In this document: positions 48,650 to 60,724 of the stretch, piece after piece
Layout: every line of letters starts with the position of its first letter
Position numbering within the stretch: the first letter of the stretch is position 1
Source of the DNA: Hemiscyllium ocellatum
Lineage: Eukaryota
Direction of reading: 5' to 3'
Length of the DNA stretch: 64,000 nucleotides
Assembly: GCF_020745735.1 (NCBI RefSeq)
Contig: NC_083420.1
Span: 29,326,001 to 29,390,000 of the forward strand
Notes under the pieces: model-generated
Databases searched by the model: none
What the model saw: the letters and a program-made list of their open reading frames with translations, nothing else
Told to the model about the DNA's origin: nothing
Made by a program: the position numbers and the translations under genes

Positions 48650-49500
48650 ATGGGATCTTGATCAGATCGGCCAATGGAGTTTAATTTAGATAATGGCAGA
48701 TGGAGTTTAATTTAGATAAGTGTGAGGTGCTGCATTTTGGGAAAGCAAATCTTAGCAGGCTTATACACTTAATGGTAAGGTCCTAGGGAGTATTGCTGAA
48801 CAAAGAGACCTTGGAGTGCAGCTTCATAGCTCCTTGAAAATAAAATTGCAGGTAGATAGGATAGTGAAGAAGGCAGTTGGTTTGCTTTCTTTTATTGGTC
48901 AGAGTATTGAGAATGGAAGTTGGGAGGTCATGTTGCAGCTGTACAGGACATTGGTTAGGCCACTGTTGGAATTTTGCGTGCAATTCCGGTCTCCTTTATC
49001 GGAAAGATGTTGTGAAACTTGAAAGGGTTCAGAAAAGATTTACAAGGATGTTGCCAGGGTTGGAGGATCTGAGCTATATGGAGTGGATGAACAGACTGGG
49101 GCTGTTTTCTCTGGAGCGACAGAGGCTGAGGGGTGACCTTATAGAGGTTTATAAAATATAAGGGGCATGGATAGGATAAATACACAAAGTCTTTTTCCTG
49201 TGGTGGATGAGTCCAGAACTAGAGGGCATAGGTTTACGTGAGAGGAGAAAGGTATAACAGGGTCTTAAGGGGCAATGTTTTCATGCAGAGGGTGTTCCAT
49301 GTATGGAATGAGCTACCAGAGAAAGTGGTGGAAGCTAGTACAATTGCAACATTTGAAAGGCATCTGGATGGGTATATGAATAGGAAGGGTTTGGAGGGAT
49401 ATGGGTTAAGTGCTGGCAGATGGGACTAGATTGGGTTGGGATATCTGGTCAGCATGGAGAGTTGGACTGAAGGGTCTGTTTCCGTGCTGTACATCCCTAT
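48650..49500 (+). mobile_element. CR1 LINE 3' fragment with 3' UTR
   Basis: RKDVVKLERVQKRFTRMLPGL..LRGDLIEVYKI; GAAGGGTCTGTTTCCGTGCTGTAC end. Confidence 0.92.
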
Positions 49501-50059
49501 GGTGGGGTGGTAAGTGAGGATCAGGGGAATTCTATTGTTGGGGGAGGGAAGAGAAGGGATGAGGGGCTGAGAAGATTGGTTAGATGCAACTTGAAGGCCC
49601 TGTCAACCACAGGGGTGGGGAATTCTCAGTTGAGGAAGAAAGTGAACATTTTTTGAAGCTGACAACATTGGAACTCCAACTCCATAATGTCTATTGCAGA
49701 AGCTGGCTTCTGAAATGACCACTCTCTTAACCAGCGATGCCCATATCACATGAAGAAAAAAGTAATGCACCAAGGGCAGTATTAATTAATTTCCTTGAAC
49801 CAGTATCACATATTTTCCATTCAGTCAGGTACCAAGATGGCACTGGTGAATGGCGACTTTCTATATGTGTACTACACTCGAGTATGTGTGATAGTAAAAT
49901 CTTATTTGCATTCATTCAGATGCATCACTGCATTTTTCTATTCGTCAAACACATCAGTGTAATATCATCCACTCGGTCTAACCACATTCAGCCAAACAAC
50001 GTTATTGTAATATTCAGGGCTTTGAGCCAGTCAGTGGATGATGTCAAGATGTTGGTCCT

Positions 50060-50244
50060 GTAAGATCTCGCGAGAGTTCCTCGAGAGCGGAAGTTGCCTG
50101 GCGAGAGGCTGCGAGACAGTTGATTGTGTCCGGGAAGCCGTTTCTTGACGGTGACTAGAATGACCGTACTCCTGCCCTGACTCCACTGGCGGACGGAACA
50201 GCAACCGCCTTCTCTTTCTCCCCCCCGCACGCCGAGGAACCGAG
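50060..50244 (+). promoter_or_regulatory. NAA60 CpG-island promoter and non-coding first exon
   Basis: Perfect TCTCGCGAGA palindrome (BANP/'Kaiso' CGCG motif) at 50066-50075, ETS site GCGGAAGT at 50087-50094, CpG-rich to ~50400, and donor GAG|GTGAGC at 50244/50245. Confidence 0.8.
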
Positions 50245-50719
50245 GTGAGCGCCGGGTGTCTGTGAAGGCGATGGGGCCGCCGGTGCCCGAGGATAACGCC
50301 CGGGGCAGCTCCAGGCTTTTGCAGGCGGCACCAGCTGTAAGGCCGGCTGCAGTCACTGCGCCTGCGCGCCTTGGTGGAGGGGCAGGCCGATTGCGATGAT
50401 TGGCATGTGGAACAATCAATCGAAAGAGAGCATTCCTAGTTTGTGTTGTGATTGGATATTGAGAACAAACCAGATTACCAGGGGGGCGGGATAGTGAGGT
50501 CAAAGGAATCAGAATTTGTGAATGGATGAGTGATGGTGGGGTGCAGCTTTTTATTTTCCCGTATTTGGGAGGTGTCATTAATGGCTGAGTGGATTTTGGG
50601 TTTTGAGTGTTAATAACCAATGTTTACACTATTGGCAACTCTCGACATGTTGCTGCATGAGAGTATCTTTTTTAATTAAAAGACTCATGCAGCAGTAGTA
50701 GCATCCCTATCTGTGGGCC

Positions 50720-50890
50720 AGGGGGTCAGTTAACTTAGTTGGCTGGACAGCTGATTTGTGATGAAGAATGACATAAACAGCATGAATTCAATAACTGCAT
50801 CGGCTGAGGTTACCATGAATAATTCTCCTTCTAAACCTAACCCCTCACCTGAGGCCTGGTGTCCCTCAGGTTGAACATCTCTCTAAGCCT
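50720..50890 (+). mobile_element. SINE-like repeat, third family
   Basis: GGCTGAGGTTACCATGAA..CTCCTT..CTGAGGC.TGGTG.CCC.AGGTT is shared with a reverse-complement copy at ~52800-53000. Confidence 0.6.
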
Positions 50891-51089
50891 TGTGATCTGG
50901 TAATATTGTAGGAACCTTTTACCTTTGGGCCAGGAGGACTGGGATCAAGATCCGCCTGCTCTAATGTGTGTTGTAACATGCCTGAGCAGGTTGTTTTTTT
51001 TAACCCTTCTAAGCCTGCTGCCAGTTGAATTTTAATATTCGGCAAGGCTCTATTTTAATTTTTCAGCTGCACAATATCATTGAGAGTTT

Positions 51090-51510
51090 TTATAGCACAC
51101 AAAGAGTCCACTCTGATTAACAAGCATATATTCAACTATTCTGACTCTATTTTCCAGTGTTTGGCCTGTAACCTTGTATTCCTGCTTATGAACTGTCTTG
51201 AGGGCTCTCAGCTTCCTTAGTAGCAAGTCTAACTACACAATTTATTTTCCCTCAAATCCCCACTAAACCTCATGCTCCTCATTTTAAGTCGTGCCTGCTT
51301 GTTATTGACTTGTCTGCTCAGGGGAAATATCTCTCCCTATCTATGTTTCTTATAACTTTATACTCCTGAATCAAGTTCCCCCTCCGTCTTCTCTGCTCCA
51401 TGGAAAACAGCCCTAACCTATTTAGTGTCTCTGCATAGCTGAATCACTCCAACTCAGGCAATGTCCTGGTGAATCTCCTTTGCACCATATTTAATGCAAT
51501 CACATCCTTA
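51090..51510 (-). mobile_element. CR1 LINE 3' fragment (diverged)
   Basis: CCCCTCCGTCTTCTCTGCTCCATGGAAAACAGCCC..CAGGCAATGTCCTGGTGAATCTCCTTTGCACC is the reverse complement of the CR1 ORF2 end. Confidence 0.7.
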
Positions 51511-53051
51511 AATTTCAGTTGATCAAAAGGAGGGGACACCATTCAAATATGGGAGATTATAGTCTCATAAATACAATTGTGCATCCTTGGGTTTGCCAGT
51601 TGTTGATGATCAGTGAAGTAATAATGTAAAACATGTATTTACCCAGTATCAGTTGTAAAATGATACATTTGTAACAAGTGCAGTACATCTTACTCTAAAA
51701 GGTAGAGTAGTTGGTGCTGCTTTCCAACTGATTTGTTTACAACATGTAACGAGTGCATTGTGTGAATGGGTTAAATCAAAATAGCAGTGATATTGCCAGT
51801 AACCGCAATTCTGTAATGCAGTTCTTTTGCAGAACACACTTCTGGTATGTCGTAGGTTATGTGTGTGAGTTAAACCTGCAAATAATAAAGAAACTTAGCC
51901 AGACTGTCAGCTTCTGTGGAGAGAGAAGCAGAGTTAATATTTGAAGTCTGCCAGGATTCTTCTGCAGAATCCCAAGCTGAATAACAGTCAAATTTGAATT
52001 AGAGTTAACTCAGGAAAACTTTAAACCATGTTTGAGTCCCAACAACAGTAAAATAACTTGCAATATGAAACGTATTTCCTAGAACCTAGTAAAACTTATG
52101 AATTTTGTGAATGGTATGAAGAATAACATTTTAACAGACACCAATCTTTATTTTCAGTTTAAACACTCAGATTATAAAAGTGTTCTAATGTTATTAATAA
52201 ATAATCACAGACTGCAATAAATGCACAGACGTTATTTTTAATAATAGATGATAATTTCTTATACAATACATGGTCCACAGCAAATTAAGATAAAGGGAAG
52301 ATTTGTTATGTAGTAGTTATATTACTAAACTTGTAACTCAGAATCCTTAGCATTTGCTTAGGAGCATGAGAGTTTGAATCCCACCATATCAGTTTAAAAA
52401 TCTGAATTTGGTTTTTAAAAATCTGACATTAGCAAACAAGAAGATTCAACTGTTTCAGTGCGTTTCTTGGGAATGATATCTGCCATCCTTACCAAGCCAT
52501 AGCTGTATAAGAGAACTAATCCCACATCAATGTGGCCAAAGTCTTATGATATCAAAATATCACAGATGCTGGAAATCTGAAATAAAAATAGAAAATGCTG
52601 GCAAGTCTCAGCAGGTCTGGCAGCATCTATGGAGAGGGATGCAAATTTCAGAGTTATTTTAGTCACATAGACTGCACATTCTGACCTTGATGGTTCCTAG
52701 TAATTCAGACTGACCTTGGGACTAATCTGGAACTGAATCAGATGTCAACACCTAAACATCATTGCAGCTTGGCCAGCAGAGGATGACTGATTAAGGTAAA
52801 GTCACCATAGTCCCACTAGCCCAGACAGCTGCTCTTTCTTAGAGAGAGAGAGAGATATGACTGGTGGTTTAACCTGGGGATCACCATGCCTCAGTCGAGG
52901 GAAAAGGTAAATAGGAGAGTCCTTTATGATAACCTCAGCCTTTACAAGAATTTAACCCAATTCTGCATTGTGAATCTGCCATCCAGCTAACTTGCCCTGT
53001 ATTGGTTTAGCAGGAACATGTAATATATCTATTTCTCTGTATCTTTTAAAG

Positions 53052-53370
53052 GATGTGGAGGAGCCAGTGTTGGACTTGTGTGATTTTTAACTTTGTTCAC
53101 CCAACATCAGGTTATAGTCCAACAGGTTTGTTGGAAGCACCAGCTTTTGGAGCACTGCTCCTTCATCAAGTAGCTGTGGAGCAGGACCATAACACAAAGC
53201 ATTTATAGCCAAAGATTACAGTGTTATGCAACTGAAATGATATATTGGATGAACTTAGTTTGCTGTTAAATCTTTCATCTTTTAGAATGGATTGCACATT
53301 TCAGTTCATTAATATGGAAATCTCAGAACTTCCTCAGTGACATTCTCGAGATAACTTGAGATTTTATAAG
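53052..53370 (-). mobile_element. Penelope-like 3' terminal fragment (family of 26873-28248), decayed hammerhead
   Basis: CAGGTTATAGTCCAACAGG..GGAAGCACCAGCTTTTGGAGCACTGCTCCTTCATCAAG matches 26890-27130. Confidence 0.8.
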
Positions 53371-53454
53371 GAATCTTTTCAAGGAGTGTGACTTAACCTA
53401 CTCATTAATAATTGCAGTGTGTTATGGGTGATTTGATTTTCTTTTCAGCTGTGA

Positions 53455-53564
53455 ATGACAGACATCGTATCCTCCACCATACTTAGTGAAATACAACTTC
53501 GGTTACTCTGTCATGATGACATAGATACAGTGAAGCTTCTATGTGGTGACTGGTTCCCAATAGA
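53455..53564 (+). CDS. NAA60: N-alpha-acetyltransferase 60 (NatF), coding exon 1
   Basis: MTDIVSSTILSEIQLRLLCHDDIDTVKLLCGDWFPIE; acceptor TTTCAG ends at 53448; donor GTGAGT at 53565. Confidence 0.96.
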
Positions 53565-53936
53565 GTGAGTATTACTAGCACTTAAGTTTCTTTTGTTTCT
53601 ATAGATTCTTCAGAGTGAGCATTGGAGCCTCCTTTAATATTCCAAGGAATGACAAACTTCATACAGATATTTCCTTGCCTTTCCCCAGTTAATCCTACCA
53701 ATACATTGTTTGTTGTTTACAGTCTTTAAGAGAAAAAATAATTCTTACTTTGCTTAGAAGAACTTCATTTTATTGTCATACTGGATTTAGGTCTAATTAC
53801 AAACTATGAAATTATACGGTGTCCTGAAAATATCAGCAAAACCCACATTGGTAATGCATTGGTGTTGCAATTAGAACGTAGGGACTAGTTGACATCTTGT
53901 GGAAAGAAGATTGATCTTGTGTTCTGCTTTGACCAG

Positions 53937-54066
53937 GTACCCAGATTCATGGTACCGGGACATCACATCCAACAAAAAATTTTTTTCCTTGGCAGCCACA
54001 TATAAAGGTGGTATTGTGGGGATGATAGTAGCAGAAATAAAAAGTCGATCAAAGGTACATAAAGAG
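53937..54066 (+). CDS. NAA60: NAA60 coding exon 2
   Basis: YPDSWYRDITSNKKFFSLAATYKGGIVGMIVAEIKSRSKVHKE; phase 2/0. Confidence 0.96.
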
Positions 54067-55668
54067 GTAGGTCGACACATCATGTTCTACAGAAAAGTCT
54101 GGCATGTTCAATTTCAAATGTTGCTTTTGTGTGTTTGCAAAATGATCTGATGATTGCAAAAGCTTTGACAAAAGGAGTTTTCTTTTAGCAATATCTTTCC
54201 TTAAGATTAAAAGAAAGTCCTGCAGCTATTAACTCGCATTTGTTTAATGCAACAATCCTAAACAATCTAGCAGCAAATTATTTTTGTTTGAGGGGAACTA
54301 CAAAATTGACATAGTAGATCATTGTAATTAATAAGGGTTGAAGGGACTTCAACTTGTTGTTAAATGAAGGCAACATATAAACAAGATTTGATATTCTTCA
54401 TTTGCAGTAAAATTATTACAGAGGTATATGTTGAAAGTGAAAAGAGCTGTAGTGATTCAAGAATGATTTGAAGCAATTTACAATTCAAAGGGTACGTCCC
54501 ACTTTCGTCTTTTTTGTAACCAAGGGAAAATATCAAAGAGGGAAATAATGATTTCTCTTTTTTAATATTGTTACTGAAATGACTTGAGGAATTATGTTGC
54601 TGTATCAATGGGTAATTACATACATTGTTGTGCAACACTGAATTGTATGAAGCAGGAAGCTCAGATTTGATTAGCTGATTTCAGCCTGAACAGTGGGAAG
54701 CAGAGAAAAAAATCAACAGCTTTCCCACTCTCATTGCTGTTCCATAATTCTTAGTAGATGCTCACGTGTAACAGTATGTGAGCGGTGAGTTAAAGCTGCA
54801 GCGGTTATGCTATTTGACTCATTTTAAAAATCATGGCTTAATGATTCCTGGGATGAGTTAAAATCCTATCACAGCTACTGGGATATTGAAATTAAATTAA
54901 TTTAATAAATCTGGAGTTATAATATTAATGTCAGTAGGAATGAACATGAAACACCAAATTGTCATTAAAACCAGTCTTGTTCATTAATATGCTTCAAGAA
55001 AATAAACCTTCTTGTCTGTATGTGTCTGTAGATTTATCTACCACTGAAATAGGAAAGCAAACCTCTAAAGTTATATTCAGGAAGGCTATTCATTGCCACC
55101 CTTGCCAGCAATGAGGAATGGGCAATATATTTTAGCCAGTGATGCCCACATCCTATGAAAAAATATTTTAAAAAGGCCAGATCAAGCACAGTTGTGGCAG
55201 AATAGTTTAGTAATGTTTTCTATTAAGATCACAAAATGAAGAAAAATTACTTAAGCACAATTAGTTACAAACTAAATTCAGTAAGTCCTTTTGCAGGGCA
55301 AGATTTAAGTTTCTAATGCACTGAACTACAGTATTTCATTGATTACAAAGTTGCAAGTTAGATTGAAAGATGCCTGTTGCGAGCTTGCTTACAATTGTAT
55401 ATTTCAAGAAGAAATAATTTCAGTTTGTAGAATCAAAAGTCAAAATGAGGAAATTTAAAACTACAAATGCTTGGAATATGAAATAAAAAGCCTGAAATAT
55501 TCAACGGATTAGACAGCATCTGTGAAGATGAGGATTGACTTGTGTATTTATTTCTGAGCAAAACTCTTAAAATGTACTGAACTCACTGTATATTAAATTA
55601 TCAATCAAAATTTAGTTTTTCTTCTATAGTAATGTGTTGCAGTTAAACACTATTCTCTCTTCCTACAG

Positions 55669-55765
55669 GATGGAGATATTTTGGCCTCAAGTTTTCCCAT
55701 AGAGACACAAGTTGCTTACATTTTAAGTCTAGGGGTTGTAAAAGAATTCAGGAAACATGGAATAG
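55669..55765 (+). CDS. NAA60: NAA60 coding exon 3
   Basis: DGDILASSFPIETQVAYILSLGVVKEFRKHGIG (GNAT acetyl-CoA motif RxxGxG); CTACAG acceptor and GTAAGT donor. Confidence 0.96.
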
Positions 55766-57529
55766 GTAAGTGTATTAACTAATTCTTTCAAACAATATAT
55801 TGTATTAGAAATAAAATGATAATAAGTTTGTCAAGAATGAGGCATTGTTTGTACTTCATGCATTTCAGACAGTTTATGAATGAATGAATGATTGAATGAA
55901 TTATTAGGATCGTTGGCTCATTGATCAAGTTTGTGAATGATAAAAATAAGGTTAATTTCAAAAATTCTGTTCATTTACATTTTTATGTCATTTCTATCAA
56001 ATCTAAGGTACTAAATATATTAAAATCTTATCATTACATGTACATTTTATGTGAAAATATCAATCCTCATTTGTCTGCAGTTGTGAATAATAGCTGCAAC
56101 TTTTGCCATTCACAGGGATCATGTTTGATATTTACAAATTCTGACAATGTTCTGTTTGATTCTGGACTAAAGTAAATGTAAATGAAATGGTAGTGATGCA
56201 ACCAATACTCCTAAATCTCTGATGCAATTTATTTCGTTACTCGGTTTGCTGCAGAATACTCTGGTGGAAATATGGCAGATGAACTCTCAATGTGCTTTCT
56301 TCACTCTGGAGATTAGAGCTCTGGTCACCCAGGGAAAATTACATGGTGGGTTCCAGTGAAATCCTTCTGCAGTGCCTGAGCAATATCATGGCAAAATTAT
56401 GCCATTTACTTGTCATACACTTTGCAGTTGTGAGTTTGCTGTCATTAACCTGCTGGGAATTTTACTCTGCAGATCCATTGCTCTCTGTCTTGTCATTTCT
56501 TTTGGGATGGCAATGTGGTAAGATTGTGCTTGTGTGTAAACGATCCTCTTGATCAAGAGTAATAACAGTTGACTACCTTTGGAGATATCATTCCTACCCC
56601 ATTTCCCCAAACCATATCGTGTCAATAAGAGATACTGTGTGGAATAAGCTTAACCTTTCATTACAAGTAAAAGCTGTCAATGCTTAAAGCAACTATTAAA
56701 AAAGAGGAGAAAATAAGCAATTTCACCTGTGATATAATGCATTGGTATACCAAATTGCGGCTATGAACTGAAGAGTAATATGGCAGTGAAACCCTATTTC
56801 AGTTGGAGCTTAGAGTGGCATGATGTAGGGTCAAATTTCTTTCAGCTAGTTTTGGTTTTGAATGAGAAGATGCTGAATAAAGGCAATAGTGTCACTCAGC
56901 AAGGTAGGAACACAATCAAAAGAAAAGTGCCTCTGGTATCCACCTTCCATGACACACAGCATCAAATTCACTTTTGATTGGTTACATCACAGTGAATTAG
57001 TTAATGAATAAATAACAATTGCTTGTAATTATTTAGCACCTGAAAGGTAAGGAAATAGTCCTGAGTGTTTCACAAAAGTGTTTTTAAATTATTTTTAAAA
57101 GCTAAACTTGAGCTGTTTAAGGTATTATTGGGGCAGACCAGTATTGAGGTTAAAAAGGGGTTGGTCATGATTCGCTCATTTTAAAAATGTAAAATATAAC
57201 TGGAACATATTTTGGACATAACTAATGTAAATATTTTTGAATGTGATTACAGTAAGTTACTGTATGCTCTTAAGTGGTTAACCTCTTTAAGGTTTATACA
57301 AGGGGACTTGAAAACAAGGATAATTATTTTAAAAATAAAATATTGTTTAGCCAGGTGTCAAGATAAGTCAATGAATGCAGAGGTGCTGGGTGAATGAAAC
57401 TTTGTACAAGCAAGGAAATGGGCAATGGAGTGAACTAGTTATTTGTGTCTAAAGGTAACAAAAAAAGAGGATGAGGATTTCAGCAGCAGATCTGCTACAG
57501 CAAGACAGAGTTGAGCAAAGTTAGCGAAG

Positions 57530-58170
57530 TAAAATGAATCACATAAAATTGGTTTGTAAGTACAGGCAGTGATTGGAAAGGGGGTTCAGATATATAAGTA
57601 GGGAGGTTTTGTATAGTTGTAAAGGGCTTAGTAACATCTGGAGTGTTGTGTACAATTTTGGTCTTCATCCTGGATACAACATTAGAAGCTATTCAGAGAA
57701 GGCTGACTCAACTGATTTATCCAAATTCATGGGATGAAGGGACTATCTTACTAGAAAGTGTTGGACAGGTTGGGTCTACATCTTTTGGAGCTGATAAGAA
57801 TCACAGGTGATCATATTAAAACAACTAAGATCTTGAGGGGTCTTAACAGATTGGATGCCTAGAGGATGTTACTTCTAGTGAGAGAGACTAAAACTAGTGG
57901 ACACAGTTTAAGAGCAAGAGGTCTTCCTTTTAAGAGGTTAGGATTAGGAGTTTTTATCTTTGAAGATTGTTAGTCTGTGGAATTCTTTTCACCAGAGAGA
58001 AGTGGAGGCAGGGTCGTTTAATATTTTTAAGGCTAATTTAGATAGATTCTTAACTGACATGCCAAATATTATAGGAGGTATATAGAAAAGAAGAGTTGAA
58101 GTCACAATCATATCAGCCATTAATATTACCAAACTGTGGATCAGTCTCAAACTATGAATTCCTCTTAATT
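57530..58170 (+). mobile_element. CR1 LINE 3' fragment (old)
   Basis: CATCTGGAGTGTTGTGTACAATTTTGGTCT..GGACAGGTTGGG..AACTAGTGGACACAGTTTAAG..TGTGGAATTC. Confidence 0.75.
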
Positions 58171-58934
58171 TGTGCATTCATATTTAATGAAAAAAACAGC
58201 TGGTATATTTTGTGCTATTGAGATTGTGATGGGGGGGGGGTGAGGCGGGGGGCGGGAGGTGAGGGTGAGGGGTGACTTTATATAAAAAGCAACACAATGT
58301 TTTCCAGGATTTTCACTGATCTTTGTCCTAAAGCTACAATGGGTGAGTGAGAGAACCCCCATTTAGATTCAACTCCGTAGTACCTATGAAAATACATAGA
58401 AACAGTACAAATTATTCAAAGAAAGATATCAAAGACTACCCAGCTTTGAAGAATGGGTAGGTAAACTGAACACATTCTCATTATTTATGTAAAAATGGCA
58501 TAAGGGGAGAGCATGATTCATGCGTTTTAAAAATGAAGAGTGCAGTGAAAATTATTCTCGTTGAAACTAATATAAGTAAGTAGTGAATATTATTAAAGTA
58601 ATTTGCCATATGAGTTTAAGTAGTAACTTCTTTGAAGTTAACGTTATTGGCAGATGTAGAAAGTAAATGCAGCAAATGCAAGTTCTGGCTGGCTATTCAA
58701 AGATTTATCGTGTTCTGTCAGTGTATTTTGAAGGTGAAGTATGAATTCACTGGGGGATGTTTTGAAGATAATTGGGCTCTCAAACAAAGCTTTAGTATTG
58801 GGAAGAAATCAGTATGCTTTATATTTGTTATATCACTATAGATGTTGACAAAATATATACATTATTTCTTGAGCTGACGAACCTCCAGTCTTCTCATTGT
58901 GGGGAACTATCTAGTTTGTATTGCCCTTATACAA

Positions 58935-59280
58935 ACAAGAAGCTGGAGAATGCCATTGGCCCCTCAAGCCTTCTCCAGCATTTGGTAAGATCATGACTGA
59001 TCTGATTATAACCTCAAATCTACATTCTGGTCAACCTATGATCATCTATCACCTCTTTGCTTACCAAAAATCTATCCACCTCTGCCTTAAACATATTCAA
59101 GGACTTTGCTTCCACTACCTTTTCTGGAAGAGTTTTGAAGATTACAACCTTCTGTGAAAACAAATTTTATCTCATCTCTGTTTTAAATGGGTGACCCCAT
59201 ATTTTTAAAGAGTAACCCCCCCAATTCCATAAGAGGAAACCTCTCTGTGTCAATGTCCTTCAGGATCTTGTATGTTCCCT
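58935..59280 (-). mobile_element. CR1 LINE 3' fragment
   Basis: GCCATTGGCCCCTCAAGCC..AAATCTATCCACCTCTGCCTTAAA..CTCATCTCTGTTTTAAATGGG. Confidence 0.75.
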
Positions 59281-59889
59281 TATCTTCGTTTCATTGAAAT
59301 TGGAGAATTACAGGTGCTAAATTGTACTTGAAGGCACAAAAGTCAATATTTTTAACATGAATGTTTTTGTTTAAGATGATGAAGAGCAGGCTAGATAGCA
59401 GACAGGAAAGCTGCATTGAAATGAAGAGAAAAATAGTACAGATTGGTTAAATCAAAATCACTTATTCACTTGAGTAGACTGCTGGAAATAACTAAGAGAA
59501 ACAGAGGCCTCTTGTTTGTGGAATAGTGTATGCTATGGGAATGAGGAAATGTGAAGCAGGGAAGAAAACTGAAGTAAAATTCAAAGAAGTGGACTTTGCT
59601 TTTGGTTTCCAGGAGTGATAATTTTAAATAAATTATTGGTAGCTATGGTGATTACAACTGTATGTTATATGAATTCCAGTGTGAGGAGGTACTTATAATT
59701 AGTCTAAAGATAAGTCTACAGTTTCCATATTGGATGATTTTAGTACCAGCTGTGTACTTGCTGGTCTTTATTTTCATGCTGATGTGTGAGACAGTTTGGT
59801 GGATCCTCAGAGGAAGGAAATGTTTGTGGAACTGAGATACCTCTGTTTTTGAAATAAATTCATTCAGGGCTGGGCCGAGTGGCTCAATA

Positions 59890-60230
59890 TGTTTAATGTT
59901 CAGAGGATATTTCCCCTCGTGGGAAAATCAAGGACTAGAGGGCATAGTCTTAGACTTAAGGGATGCCAGTTAAAGACTGAGGTGAAGAGGAATTCAACTC
60001 TCAAATAATTCAGTGTCTTTCGAACTCCTCGCCAAAGCGAGCTGTGGGGGCAGAGTCCTTGTGTATATTTGACACTGAAATCGATTCTTGCTCAGTACAG
60101 GAATTTTTAGTTATGGAAAAATGGAAAGAGTGGAAAAGTGGACATGAAGAGTTTTGGATCAGTTATAATCCTGTTGAATGATGAAGCAGTCTCAAGGACT
60201 TGAGTGGTCTACTTCTGTTCCTATTCCTTA
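59890..60230 (+). mobile_element. CR1 LINE 3' fragment
   Basis: GAGGATATTTCCCCTCGTGGG..ACTAGAGGGCATAGTCT..AAGACTGAGGTGAAGAGGAATT..CTACTTCTGTTCCTATT. Confidence 0.75.
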
Positions 60231-60235
60231 TAGTA

Positions 60236-60611
60236 CAGGTAAAAAAAACCCTTTATCCAAAATCCCGAAATCTGAAAAGTTCCGAAATCAGAAAGTGTTT
60301 CCTTTTGTTCCTCTCATTAACAAGGTTGTTTGGAGTGCAAACAATTAACCCAACTCCACACCCACTCGATGCATGTCACTCAGATGTGATGTGGAGGGGG
60401 GGGGCGACGGCGACGGGGTGGGGGGGCGACGTGGCCCAGCACTAGCAGGTCTCAATTCTGTCTCGGGGACTGTTGCTCACAGTGAATCTGCTGTTCTGTA
60501 AGATTTTTAAAAATTTCACCATCAAACTGTCACTTATTCTGAAAGTCGAAAATTTCCGAATTCCAAAAACCAGCTCGTCCTGAGCGTTTTGGATAAAGGA
60601 TTGTGTACCTG
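60236..60611. mobile_element. Tc1/mariner (Tigger-like) MITE
   Basis: TA|CAGGTA..CCTTTATCCAAAA ... TTTTGGATAAAGG..TACCTG|TA: TIRs with a TA TSD on both sides and subterminal CCGAAA repeats. Confidence 0.85.
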
Positions 60612-60724
60612 TATTATGGATCCTCAAAATTATGTCCTTTAAATCAGGATATGCTTTCTATGTACTGTTAAAATGTCAAATCTTGAAGTGTATTTCAATG
60701 ACTATTCCATGTTTTACTTTTAAG

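Noticed and set aside
49988-50620. 210-aa minus-strand ORF
   Set aside because: Overlaps the GC-rich NAA60 promoter/CpG island, where stop codons are rare; Pro/Arg/Ala/Ser-rich with no recognisable domain.
31966-53466. INTS15 and NAA60 both start with MTDI
   Set aside because: Four-residue coincidence; each matches its own orthologue N-terminus and there is no further similarity.
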